The notes: a model not told the origin generated them from the sequence alone. A DNA stretch of 46,981 bases from an uncultured Bacteroidota bacterium (GCA_903898215.1 CAIUEQ010000143.1:1-46981); one strand, 5' to 3'. Shown: positions 31,638 to 40,382, numbered from the stretch's first letter. Numbers and translations: made by a program.

Positions 31638-33521
31638 ATGAAAATAATAATAAAGCTTTTTCTCACATTTTTTATGTTAACAGCATTTAACAGTTTTGTA
31701 AAAGCACAAACTTGGGTTGCATTATCCTCACCTACCACACAAAGTTTACTCTCTGTTTTTTTTCTGAATAAAGACACTGGATTTGTTGGTGGGGGAAGTT
31801 CAACATCAGGTTTGTTATATAAAACAACAGATGGTGGAAACTCATGGAATTCAATTACTGTACCTACAACATATTTAATTAATAAAATTTGCTTTTTAAC
31901 AAAAGATTCGGGGTATTTCTTCACTGGCAATACTCAACTATATAAAACAACAAATGGTGGAAACAGTTGGACATATATCAGAAATCTCGGAAGTTATGGA
32001 ACAAGCAACTTGAGTAATTCAGGTCTGATATATTTTCAAAACAGTTCTATAGGCTTTATAAGAGGAACAAATTATATATGGCGAACTCTTAATGGAGGTG
32101 CAAGTTGGGATAGTACCAATATTGCACCAACCGGTAGTGCTTTATTCAATTGGTATGAAATAAACTTTATCTCACCCACAATTGGTTATACTTCAAACAT
32201 GACAGGCAGTATTTGGAAAACAACAAACCAAGGTGCTTCCTGGTCATTGAATTCAACACTTGCTTCATATCCAAACCAGTTACTTGATTTCACGTTCTTT
32301 AATTCCAATTTAGGAATTGCTTTTAATAATTTTAGTAACCTATTAAAAACAAATAATGGTGGTACTTCTTGGTCATCTATTGGGACTTCTATTTCTTCCT
32401 CATCACATTCAAAGATTTCTTTTACCTCTAATAATAGATTATTTATGTTTTCATCTTCTGGTATTTACACAAGTAATGATACTGGAAATACCTGGTCGCA
32501 AATGACCATATCACCCTACACATCAAATTTATATGATTGGTTTATGATAAATGACTCAGTTGGATATGCTGTGGGTAGTGGTACAGGTTTAATTTATAAA
32601 ACATTCCCCGGTGCAGTTGCAGCACCAACAACAGCCGCTTCAACTTTTTTTATAGGTGGTGTTACTAATACTTCAATGGTTTTAAATTGGACAAACGGAA
32701 ATGGTTCATCAAGAATTGTTGTTGCATGTGCAGGAAGTAATACTTTAATTGCCCCTTCTTATGGTGTATCTTATTCAGCGGGTTCATTTGGTTCAGGCAG
32801 TCAAATGGGAACAGGGAATTATGTGGTATATAATGGAACTGGGAACTCTTGTACAGTTAGTGGCTTAAGTTTAAACACAGCATATTATTACAGGGTTTAT
32901 GAATACAATGGAATAGGAACCAACTCAAATTATTTAACAAGCACGTTTGCAACCAATGGTGCGATGACGTTACCGGTTAAACTAATTTCATTTAATGCAA
33001 CAGTTAAAAATGATGTAGTGAATTTAAATTGGCAAACAGCAAGCGAGTTAAATAATGATTATTTTGAAATAGAAAGGTCAATAGATAATAGACAATGGAC
33101 AAAAGTTGGGAAAGTTAAAGGAAATGGAACAACGAATGTTGTGAGTAACTACCAATTCACAGACTTAATCAACCCATCAACAAATCAACCTATCAACATT
33201 TATTATCGACTAAAACAAGTTGACTTTGATGGTAAAAGTACATTAAGTGAAGAGAGAGTTGTAAACTTTAAACAAACAAATACTTATTGGAATATTTATC
33301 CAAATCCTGCAACTAACGAATTACATATTGAAACATTAGGAAATGAAAAGTTTGGTGTTCAATTGTTTGATGTTACAGGAAAAAAGGTAATGGAAAATGT
33401 TTTGATTATTAATAACACAAACATTAATACTTCATCACTTTATGAAGGAATGTATTTTGTAAGAATAATAAATGCTGATGGTGTAGTTTTAAAAATGCAA
33501 AAAATTACTGTGGTAAGATAG
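31638..33521 (+). CDS. BNR/Asp-box beta-propeller protein with FN3-like region and T9SS type-A sorting domain
   Basis: Signal peptide ...FNSFVKA|QT. Six Asp-box repeats are present (TTDGGNSW, TTNGGNSW, LNGGASW, TTNQGASW, TNNGGTSW, SNDTGNTW). The C-terminus is IYPNPATNELHIE...LYEGMYFVRI. Confidence 0.88.
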   Translation: MKIIIKLFLTFFMLTAFNSFVKAQTWVALSSPTTQSLLSVFFLNKDTGFVGGGSSTSGLLYKTTDGGNSWNSITVPTTYLINKICFLTKDSGYFFTGNTQLYKTTNGGNSWTYIRNLGSYGTSNLSNSGLIYFQNSSIGFIRGTNYIWRTLNGGASWDSTNIAPTGSALFNWYEINFISPTIGYTSNMTGSIWKTTNQGASWSLNSTLASYPNQLLDFTFFNSNLGIAFNNFSNLLKTNNGGTSWSSIGTSISSSSHSKISFTSNNRLFMFSSSGIYTSNDTGNTWSQMTISPYTSNLYDWFMINDSVGYAVGSGTGLIYKTFPGAVAAPTTAASTFFIGGVTNTSMVLNWTNGNGSSRIVVACAGSNTLIAPSYGVSYSAGSFGSGSQMGTGNYVVYNGTGNSCTVSGLSLNTAYYYRVYEYNGIGTNSNYLTSTFATNGAMTLPVKLISFNATVKNDVVNLNWQTASELNNDYFEIERSIDNRQWTKVGKVKGNGTTNVVSNYQFTDLINPSTNQPINIYYRLKQVDFDGKSTLSEERVVNFKQTNTYWNIYPNPATNELHIETLGNEKFGVQLFDVTGKKVMENVLIINNTNINTSSLYEGMYFVRIINADGVVLKMQKITVVR

Positions 33522-33615
33522 TGCGTGGTTGTTAAAGCCTGAAGTTGGTTTTCGTGTTAGTTAACAAATGATATGTTTACACAAGTGTCCTTAAAATCTT
33601 AGCTTCACTTAAGAT

Positions 33616-33918
33616 ATGCAAAGCATCATTGAAAATAATATAGATAAAATAAAAGCATTATTTACTCTATATAATGTTAAGTCGTTGTTTGCTTTTGGTT
33701 CGGTGTGCACAGATAAATTTAACGACCAAAGTGATATTGATTTATTGATTGCTTTTAACTCCATGGACTATGGAGATTATACCGATTCATACTTTATCCT
33801 TGCAGATAAATTTGAAGAACTATTTAAACGTCCCGTTGATTTGATCACAGACAAATCGTTATCTAACCCATATTTCATGGCTTCATTAAACAGAACAAAA
33901 AATTTGATTTATGAATAG
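33616..33918 (+). CDS. MNT-type nucleotidyltransferase domain protein (antitoxin-like), solitary
   Basis: 100 aa with FAFGSVCTDKFNDQSDIDLLIAF (the GS...DxD polymerase-beta-type NTase motif). Confidence 0.8.
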   Translation: MQSIIENNIDKIKALFTLYNVKSLFAFGSVCTDKFNDQSDIDLLIAFNSMDYGDYTDSYFILADKFEELFKRPVDLITDKSLSNPYFMASLNRTKNLIYE

Positions 33919-33956
33919 CGCTCGAAACTGACAAAACTAGGAATTATGAAAGAGGA

Positions 33957-34139
33957 TTAATGTGGTGCAGCTTCAAATCCTTCGGCACCAGGCAGTAAGT
34001 CAACCAGTTTCTGAGGATTGTGAATTAAAATCGGAATATGCTGAGGGCAGATCCAAAATTGTGTGTCTTTATAATCAAATGATGTTAATGGTATTTCGTG
34101 ATGCGATTTATTGCATACAATACATTCTTTTTCTTTCAT
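33957..34139 (-). CDS. small Cys/His-rich hypothetical protein (possible zinc ribbon)
   Basis: 60 aa with CxxC (CIVC) plus C..H (ICPQH). Coding status rests only on ORF length and the absence of a competing frame. Confidence 0.45.
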   Translation of the reverse strand: MKEKECIVCNKSHHEIPLTSFDYKDTQFWICPQHIPILIHNPQKLVDLLPGAEGFEAAPH

Positions 34140-34160
34140 GTTTTTTATTTATCAATTAGC

Positions 34161-34215
34161 CACAGATTACACAGATTTTCTATAAAAATTATTTTTATAA
34201 TCTGTGTAATCTGTG
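34161..34215. repeat. 55-bp near-perfect palindrome ('CTGTGTAATCTGTG' family), likely tpiA terminator
   Basis: Arms cacagattacacagatt (34161-34177) and aatctgtgtaatctgtg (34199-34215) are a perfect 17-bp match. The inner pair tataaaaat/atttttata also matches. The palindrome lies 10 nt downstream of the tpiA stop. Confidence 0.85.
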
Positions 34216-34224
34216 ACAATATTT

Positions 34225-34983
34225 TTATTTCATTGCTTTAACAATATCTACGAAACTGCGCGATTGTAAAGCCGCTCCACCAACCAATGCTCCATCAATA
34301 TCCGGTGCCGAAAATAATTCAACAGCATTATCTGCTTTCACACTTCCGCCATATTGGATGGTAACATTATCAGAAACCGCTGCACCAAATTTTTCTTTCA
34401 ATAAATTTCTGATAAAGGCATGCACTTCCTGAGCTTGTGCAGTACTTGCTGTTTTCCCTGTTCCGATTGCCCAAACCGGTTCGTAAGCAACAACAACATG
34501 TTGCATTTGCTCATTTGTTAAATGAAACAACCCTTCGCTTATTTGTGATTTTAACACTTCAAAATGTTTGTTTACTTCACGCTCTTCCAAAGTTTCGCCA
34601 CAGCAATAAATAGCTGTTAAATTATTTGCCAAAACTGAGTCAACTTTTTTTGCAAGCAAAGCGTTTGTTTCACCAAAATATTGTCTGCGTTCACTATGTC
34701 CGATAATTACATATTCGGCACCACAACTTTTAATCATTGCTGCCGAAATCTCACCTGTAAAGGCTCCGCTAACTTCCTGATGACAATTTTGTGCTCCGCT
34801 AAATACATTTCCTTTAACCATTCGGCTAACAGAATTTACATATAATGATGGTGGAATAAGAACAGTTAATGCACTGCCTTTATATTCGTCATTAATCATG
34901 TTTACTACTTCCGATGTTAGCGCCATTGCATCATCAAAAGATTTGTTCATTTTCCAGTTTCCGGCAATTATTTTTTTTCTCAT
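34225..34983 (-). CDS. tpiA: triose-phosphate isomerase
   Basis: 252 aa with motifs IIGHSERR and AYEPVWAIGTG. Confidence 0.95.
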   Translation of the reverse strand: MRKKIIAGNWKMNKSFDDAMALTSEVVNMINDEYKGSALTVLIPPSLYVNSVSRMVKGNVFSGAQNCHQEVSGAFTGEISAAMIKSCGAEYVIIGHSERRQYFGETNALLAKKVDSVLANNLTAIYCCGETLEEREVNKHFEVLKSQISEGLFHLTNEQMQHVVVAYEPVWAIGTGKTASTAQAQEVHAFIRNLLKEKFGAAVSDNVTIQYGGSVKADNAVELFSAPDIDGALVGGAALQSRSFVDIVKAMK

Positions 34984-34987
34984 AACT

Positions 34988-35512
34988 TTATTTTATAAAT
35001 CCAATTGGTTCTCTCTTTTTAATAATAGGTTCCAATAATTCTTTAATTATTGAATAAATATTCTCAATGTCATTCTTGTCTTGTAATTGCAAAGATTCCA
35101 TTTTTTCAACTTTCAGCAACAATTCTTTATAGCCTGAAATCATCTGACGCATTTTAACGAAAATTCGCATAATTCCAATATTCACTTCAACTGCTCTTTT
35201 ACTTCTCAGAACACTCGAAAGCATTGCCACTCCCTGCTCAGTGAAAGCATAAGGTAAATATTTTGAATGTTGTCCTTTGCTTTTTTTCTCTAAGGTCACA
35301 ATTTGTGACCTTAGAGATTTCAATTCTTCCACAGTTAATTCAAACATAAAATCTTCAGGAAATCTATCACTATTTCGATTAACTGCTTGTTTCAAGACTT
35401 TATTTTCTATGTTATATAATTCGGCAAGATCTCTATCGAGCAATACTTTTTGTCCGCGAATCAAAAAAATTTTGTTAAAAATTCTTTCGTCAATTATTTG
35501 AGTTTGTTTCAT
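34988..35512 (-). CDS. ORF6N (KilA-N-related) domain DNA-binding protein
   Basis: IRGQKVLLDRDLAELYNIENKVLKQAVNRNSDRFPEDFMFELT...YAFTEQGVAMLSSVL matches the ORF6N pattern (PF10543). Confidence 0.8.
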   Translation of the reverse strand: MKQTQIIDERIFNKIFLIRGQKVLLDRDLAELYNIENKVLKQAVNRNSDRFPEDFMFELTVEELKSLRSQIVTLEKKSKGQHSKYLPYAFTEQGVAMLSSVLRSKRAVEVNIGIMRIFVKMRQMISGYKELLLKVEKMESLQLQDKNDIENIYSIIKELLEPIIKKREPIGFIK

Positions 35513-35543
35513 AGCTATTTATTGTATTTATCTTTCGATAATC

Positions 35544-36737
35544 TTATTTCTCCCAGAATCGATATTTCTGCGATTGATTAAAAACTTCTGTTAAAATCTC
35601 TTTATCGATTTCGGTAAATTCAATGTTTCTGCGTGAGCACATGGCTTCAGCCGTTTTAAAAAATTTGTTCAATGTAAAAGTATCAAAACCTTGTGCGCCT
35701 CCCCATGCAAATGATGGAATGAAATTACGGGGAAATCCTGAACCGAAAATATTTGCTCCAACACCAACAACAGTTCCTGTATTGAACATGGTATTGATCC
35801 CACATTTAGCATGATCTGCCATCATTAAGCCACAAAAAGTTAGGCCTGTTTTTTCAAATCGTTCGGTTTTATAACTCCACAATTTTACTTCATCATACGT
35901 GTTTTTTAGGTTTGAGTTATTTGTATCAGCGCCAATATTACACCACTCACCAATTACTGCATTTCCTAAAAATCCATCATGCCCTTTATTTGAGTATGCA
36001 AAAAACACGGCATTGTTCACTTCTCCGCCAACCTTGCAATGCGGACCAACAGTAGTAGGTCCGTAAATCTTTGCATCCATTTTTAAACCTGCATGTTCGC
36101 CTAACGAGAAAGGGCCACGAATCTTACAGCCTTCCATCACCTCAGCATCTTTGCCAATATAAATTGAACCTGTTGATGCGTTTAATATAGAAAATTCAAC
36201 TTTTGCTCCTTCTTCAATAAATATTCTTTCAGGATTTAATACTTGATTGGTTGTAGAAATTGTTTGTGAAAATCGACCGGCAGTTATTAATGCAAAATCA
36301 TTTTCAATTGCTTGTCCGTTCTTCGAAAAAATATCAAATGGAAAAGTAATCTTCAAAATATTTTCAGAAGTTGTTTCCACTTTTTCTCCTGAAAAATTTT
36401 GTTCTAAAAATTGTTCCAAATCATTTTCACCAATTCTTGCTGCAATCATCACATCGCCTTTCACCAAAGCTTGTCCGGGTGCTAATTTATTTATTTCATC
36501 AACAATTATTTCATCAGGACAAACAGTTCCGTTGATGAGTATATTTTCAGGTGAAACAATTAATGGATATTTTTTCTGGAGATATGATTCAGTATGAAAA
36601 GATGGTTTGGCATTTAAATATTTCTCCCATTTTTCGGATATGGTTAATATCCCGATTCTGATCTCGGATGATGGCCTTGTAAAAGTAAAAGGCAACAGAT
36701 TAATTCGGTCGGCACTGTCGAAAAAAATGTAATTCAT
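35544..36737 (-). CDS. GlmU-family putative sugar nucleotidyltransferase/acyltransferase (left-handed beta-helix)
   Basis: Start trimmed to ATG 36737. The N-terminus (LLPFTFTRPSSEIRIGILTISEKWEKYL) and the C-terminal hexapeptide repeats match the alternative bacterial GlmU-like family common in Bacteroidota. Confidence 0.75.
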   Translation of the reverse strand: MNYIFFDSADRINLLPFTFTRPSSEIRIGILTISEKWEKYLNAKPSFHTESYLQKKYPLIVSPENILINGTVCPDEIIVDEINKLAPGQALVKGDVMIAARIGENDLEQFLEQNFSGEKVETTSENILKITFPFDIFSKNGQAIENDFALITAGRFSQTISTTNQVLNPERIFIEEGAKVEFSILNASTGSIYIGKDAEVMEGCKIRGPFSLGEHAGLKMDAKIYGPTTVGPHCKVGGEVNNAVFFAYSNKGHDGFLGNAVIGEWCNIGADTNNSNLKNTYDEVKLWSYKTERFEKTGLTFCGLMMADHAKCGINTMFNTGTVVGVGANIFGSGFPRNFIPSFAWGGAQGFDTFTLNKFFKTAEAMCSRRNIEFTEIDKEILTEVFNQSQKYRFWEK

Positions 36738-36755
36738 AACCAATATAAAAAAATA

Positions 36756-36777
36756 AAGCTCTCAAAATTGAGAGCTT
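36756..36777 (-). terminator. rho-independent terminator after the L31 gene
   Basis: aagctctc-aaaatt-gagagctt is followed on the minus strand by a T-rich run (ttatttttttata). Confidence 0.7.
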
Positions 36778-36799
36778 CATAAATACGGTACAATAATAA

Positions 36800-37051
36800 T
36801 TATTTTTTGCTTGCGTATCTCTTTTTAAATTTATCGATTCTTCCGGCAGTGTCAATAAACATATTCTGACCGGTAAAGAAAGGATGAGACTTATTGGAGA
36901 TCTCAAGTTTGTATAATGGATATTCGTTTCCATCTTCCCACTTTACAGTTTCTTTGGTTTCAACTGCTGAACGTGTGATGAATGAATATTCGTTCGACAT
37001 ATCTTTAAATACAACTAATCTATAGTTTTTAGGGTGGATGTTCTCTTTCAT
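36800..37051 (-). CDS. rpmE2: 50S ribosomal protein L31, type B (no zinc-binding Cys motif)
   Basis: 83 aa with [10 protein letters not shown]...HPFFTGQ...[13 protein letters not shown] and no cysteines. Confidence 0.92.
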   Translation of the reverse strand: MKENIHPKNYRLVVFKDMSNEYSFITRSAVETKETVKWEDGNEYPLYKLEISNKSHPFFTGQNMFIDTAGRIDKFKKRYASKK

Positions 37052-37218
37052 GTTAATTTTAAATTGGAGGGCAAAAGTAAGGATTTTTAATATATATGCA
37101 AATCATTCGAAAAAAATTCTGAATCAGCCTTTTATCAAAGTATTTATTATGTTTTGTAAATCCCCGTCAAAAATAATAATTTGCCGATGATTACATCATT
37201 CACTATTCCTCAAAAATA

Positions 37219-37725
37219 ATGGCTGTTCAAAAAACTCAGATCTTAAACGATACACAGGTTAAACAAATCTTAAAACGGATTGCCTATCAGGTTTACGAAA
37301 ACAATTTTAATGAGAAGGAACTTATCATAGGTGGAATTGACGGCAACGGATTTTTGGTAGCTCAAATGCTTCACGAACAGTTAAGCGCTATCAGCAAGCT
37401 TAAACTATCACTCATAAAAATCAGTTTGAATAAAAAAGAACCTTCAGAAAAAAATTTGATTCTTAGCGATGAAAAATTAATTCTTAAAGATAAAAATATT
37501 TTATTGGTAGATGATGTGTTGAATACCGGACGAACAATGATTTATGCATTACTTCCCTTTATCAAAGCACATTCGAAAAAGATTCATACCATGGTTTTGG
37601 TAGATAGAGACCATAAAAGTTTTCCGGTAAATGCCGATTTTATAGGCACTTCACTTTCCACCACTTTACAAGAACATGTAACTGTTACAATCGAAAAGAA
37701 AAAAGTGAACGTATATCTTTCTTAG
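37219..37725 (+). CDS. PyrR-family phosphoribosyltransferase
   Basis: It has the PRPP loop LLVDDVLNTGRT and VLVDRDHKSFPVNADFIG, as in PyrR/UPRTase proteins. Confidence 0.75.
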   Translation: MAVQKTQILNDTQVKQILKRIAYQVYENNFNEKELIIGGIDGNGFLVAQMLHEQLSAISKLKLSLIKISLNKKEPSEKNLILSDEKLILKDKNILLVDDVLNTGRTMIYALLPFIKAHSKKIHTMVLVDRDHKSFPVNADFIGTSLSTTLQEHVTVTIEKKKVNVYLS

Positions 37726-37764
37726 ATAGAGTTATACAAACAAAAGCATTTCTAGTACTTCCTG

Positions 37765-37939
37765 GTATTTCACCCCTAATGGGGTTTCTACATAATTGCT
37801 TGTTTATTTGCTACCAATATTTCGTCCCTACGGGACTATTTTCAGAGTAAAATTATAACAATTTAGCTCCTTTAGGAGCGATATATTGGTAAAAAAATGT
37901 GAACGAATAACAGAAAAGTTCCGTAGGAACGAAATCATT
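37765..37939. repeat. cluster of four short hairpin units ('ATTTCG-stem-loop-stem' family), two forward and two reverse
   Basis: Units: ggtatttcacccctaatggggt (stem 37772-37785); ctaccaatatttcgtccctacgggac (37811-37836); agctcctttaggagcgatatattggta (37865-37891, reverse); gttccgtaggaacgaaatcatt (37918-37939, reverse). Confidence 0.75.
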
Positions 37940-37991
37940 ATTCTAAGTTATCTAAACTTTCACAATTCAATTTTCGAAAATTCAATACCAA

Positions 37992-39239
37992 TTAAACTTT
38001 TTCGAGAGCTTGTGTTAAATCCCAAATAATATCTTCTGCATTTTCTAAACCAACAGATAGTCGAATTAACTTTTCGCTAATCGACATTTCCTTTTTATGT
38101 TCATCACTCACACCTGCATGAGTCATGGTTGCAGGATGTTCGGCTAACGATTCTGTACTTCCCAAACTTACAGCAAGTTTGATTAGTTTTAATTCATTTA
38201 ATAAACGAAAAGCTTCTTTCTCACCACCTTTAACATCAAACGAAATCATTGCACCTGCTGATGAATATTGCTTTTTATAAATTTCATATTCGTGAGTTCC
38301 TTCTTTAATGGCTCCGAGGTAATAAATTTTTTCAACCTTTGGATGTGACACTAAAAACTCGGCAACTTTTTTTGCATTTCGTGCTTGTTCTTCCATACGG
38401 ATTTTCAATGTCTCTAAACTACGCATCATCAACCAGCTTGTCCACGGTCCGGCCATGCAACCAAGTTGTGAACGCAATGATCGAACACGGGCAATCAAGG
38501 CTTTATTTCCCAAACATGCACCGGCAATCAAATCACTATGTCCGCCAATATATTTTGTTGCAGAGTATAATGAAAAATCAGCGCCATGTTTTAAAGGATG
38601 TTGCCATAGTGGCCCCATGTAAGTATTATCGCAAGCCAAATAAACCTGTTTTTCTTTTGTGCTAAAATGATCTGCAATTTCCTTGCACATCGAAATATCA
38701 ATTAAGGTATTGGTAGGATTTGAAGGTGTTTCAATAAACATCAATGATAATTTATCGGCATAACCACTTTTATTGATGATATCGATAATTTGTTCTTTGG
38801 TATGGGAAGGTTTAAACTCAACGGTATGCACCCCAATTTTTTGAATATAACTGTCGATGAAATGTTCGGTTCCACCATAAAGCGGAATGCTGTATGCAAA
38901 TAAATCTCCGGGTTTTAAGAACTCTAAAAGTACAGTTGTAATTGCAGCCATCCCACTTTCAAAAACTGCAGCATCCTCGGCACCATCCCAAAGTGTTAAA
39001 CGACTTTCCAAAATTTCAAGATTAGGATTATTCATCCTACTATAAATTAATCCTAAACTTTCGCCTTCGTGTTTTTTGCGTTTACCATTTTGAATTTCGA
39101 AAAATGCTTTGCCTTCTTCGGCATTTTTAAAAACAAAAGTGGAGGTTTGAAATATTGGTGATTTGATGGCTCCTTCTGATAATTCAGGCTTGTAGCCGTG
39201 AGACATCATTAAACTTTCGGGATGTATATGTTCTTTCAT
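37992..39239 (-). CDS. Cys/Met-metabolism PLP-dependent enzyme (methionine gamma-lyase / cystathionine lyase-synthase family)
   Basis: 415 aa with the PLP-lysine motif YSATKYIGGHSD. I cannot assign the exact activity from sequence alone. Confidence 0.85.
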   Translation of the reverse strand: MKEHIHPESLMMSHGYKPELSEGAIKSPIFQTSTFVFKNAEEGKAFFEIQNGKRKKHEGESLGLIYSRMNNPNLEILESRLTLWDGAEDAAVFESGMAAITTVLLEFLKPGDLFAYSIPLYGGTEHFIDSYIQKIGVHTVEFKPSHTKEQIIDIINKSGYADKLSLMFIETPSNPTNTLIDISMCKEIADHFSTKEKQVYLACDNTYMGPLWQHPLKHGADFSLYSATKYIGGHSDLIAGACLGNKALIARVRSLRSQLGCMAGPWTSWLMMRSLETLKIRMEEQARNAKKVAEFLVSHPKVEKIYYLGAIKEGTHEYEIYKKQYSSAGAMISFDVKGGEKEAFRLLNELKLIKLAVSLGSTESLAEHPATMTHAGVSDEHKKEMSISEKLIRLSVGLENAEDIIWDLTQALEKV

Positions 39240-39316
39240 TATTCGTGAAATTGAACTGCAATATTAGAACAAAATCAAATGGAGAGAAGTCGTTATTAGA
39301 TGATATTCATCAGTTA

Positions 39317-40111
39317 TCACGACTTGAATTTTTCGTTCACCACTTTAAAAAATGGTTGAAATAAATTTGTTGATGAGGCAATAATTTCTTTGCCAAAAAC
39401 ATAATCGTCATTGCCCGAAAAATCAGAAATTTTCCCTCCGGCTTGTTGAACGATGAAAGCTCCGCCAGCAACATCCCAAGCATGTAAACCATATTCAAAA
39501 AAACCGTCAAAACGCCCACAAGCCACGTATGCCAAGTCGACAGCAGCACTTCCCAATCTGCGCATTCCTTGAGTCTCTTTCATAAATACCCGCAAGGTTT
39601 CTAAATATTTTTGCATGATATCGAAATCGTAATATGGAAATCCTGTAGCTAATAATGATTTTGAAAGTTCGGCATTTTGCTTCACACAAATTTCTTTTCC
39701 GTTTAAAAAAGCTTTGCTGTTTTCCCATGCATAAAATAATTCATCTCTGTTTATTTCATACACGATTCCCATCACAGGTTTATTGTTTTTTATCAACCCC
39801 ACACTGATGCTGTAAACAGGAATTTGATGCACAAAATTTGTAGTCCCATCTAGCGGATCGATTACCCACATCAATTCTTTTTCTTCGCTGGCAATGGTGT
39901 CTTCTTCGGTGATGAATCCTGCATCCGGAAATATTTTTTTTAACCCTTCCACCAACTTTTTTTCAGCAGTTTTATCTACATAAGATACCAGTTGATTGAA
40001 ACTTTTTTCTTCAACAACATCGCGGTTAAAAGTTTTTGCTTCAGTTGAAATAAATGCGCCAACATTTTTTACAAGCTCACAAACTTCTTTGCAAATTTTT
40101 TCTGAATTCAT
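39317..40111 (-). CDS. inositol monophosphatase family protein (SuhB-like)
   Basis: Motifs WVIDPLDGTTNFVH and HAWDVAGG are present. Confidence 0.9.
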   Translation of the reverse strand: MNSEKICKEVCELVKNVGAFISTEAKTFNRDVVEEKSFNQLVSYVDKTAEKKLVEGLKKIFPDAGFITEEDTIASEEKELMWVIDPLDGTTNFVHQIPVYSISVGLIKNNKPVMGIVYEINRDELFYAWENSKAFLNGKEICVKQNAELSKSLLATGFPYYDFDIMQKYLETLRVFMKETQGMRRLGSAAVDLAYVACGRFDGFFEYGLHAWDVAGGAFIVQQAGGKISDFSGNDDYVFGKEIIASSTNLFQPFFKVVNEKFKS

Positions 40112-40149
40112 ATTTTAAAATATAATATATAATTGATTGAGACATTTTT

Positions 40150-40380
40150 TATTTCACCCTTTCAGGGTTTCGTTGATTTGTGTTTATGGATTCTATAATT
40201 ATGTCACTCTTTCAGAGTTTTCTGATTATGTTTAATAACACACCTCTCTATTTATGAATTTTGCTGGCGTTCATTTATTGTTTCTATAGTTTTCCATTCT
40301 TCATATCAATCCTGAAGGGATGAAATGATTTTAATATACCTGATCCATTTTAATTAAATCCTGAAGGGATGACATAATAA
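40150..40380. repeat. second cluster of four hairpin units of the same family, two forward and two reverse
   Basis: Units: atttcaccctttcagggtttcg (stem 40156-40168); atgtcactctttcagagttttc (stem 40206-40218); aatcctgaagggatgaaatgatt (40308-40330, reverse); aatcctgaagggatgacataat (40357-40378, reverse). Confidence 0.75.
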
Positions 40381-40382
40381 AT

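Noticed and set aside
31610-31930. 106-aa minus-strand ORF overlapping the start of the BNR gene.
   Set aside because: It is antisense to a gene with clear Asp-box repeats and a signal peptide, and it also covers that gene's promoter region.
33919-34160. Degraded HEPN toxin gene downstream of the MNT gene.
   Set aside because: No frame shows an R-x4-6-H motif or DUF86-like sequence. The plus-strand ORF 33962..34159 is antisense to a more plausible small gene.
36700-36933. 77-aa minus-strand ORF spanning the L31 terminator.
   Set aside because: It overlaps rpmE2 out of frame and runs through a terminator hairpin and the GlmU-like start.
37187-37199. Fur/Zur-like palindrome ATGAT-TAC-ATCAT between the zinc-independent L31 gene and the PyrR-like gene.
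   Set aside because: It has 5-bp arms only and lies 136 bp from the rpmE2 start. That is too short and too distant to call a Zur box without a genome-derived motif.
39240-39316. SAM or other riboswitch upstream of the Cys/Met PLP-enzyme gene.
   Set aside because: Only 77 nt are available, they are AT-rich, and they lack the conserved helices and motifs of the SAM riboswitch classes.
37726-40382. The hairpin clusters as terminal inverted repeats of a transposon or MITE carrying the two-gene block.
   Set aside because: There is no transposase, no target-site duplication that I could see, and the unit order is not that of a true inverted terminal pair. I kept it only as a low-probability alternative in the findings.
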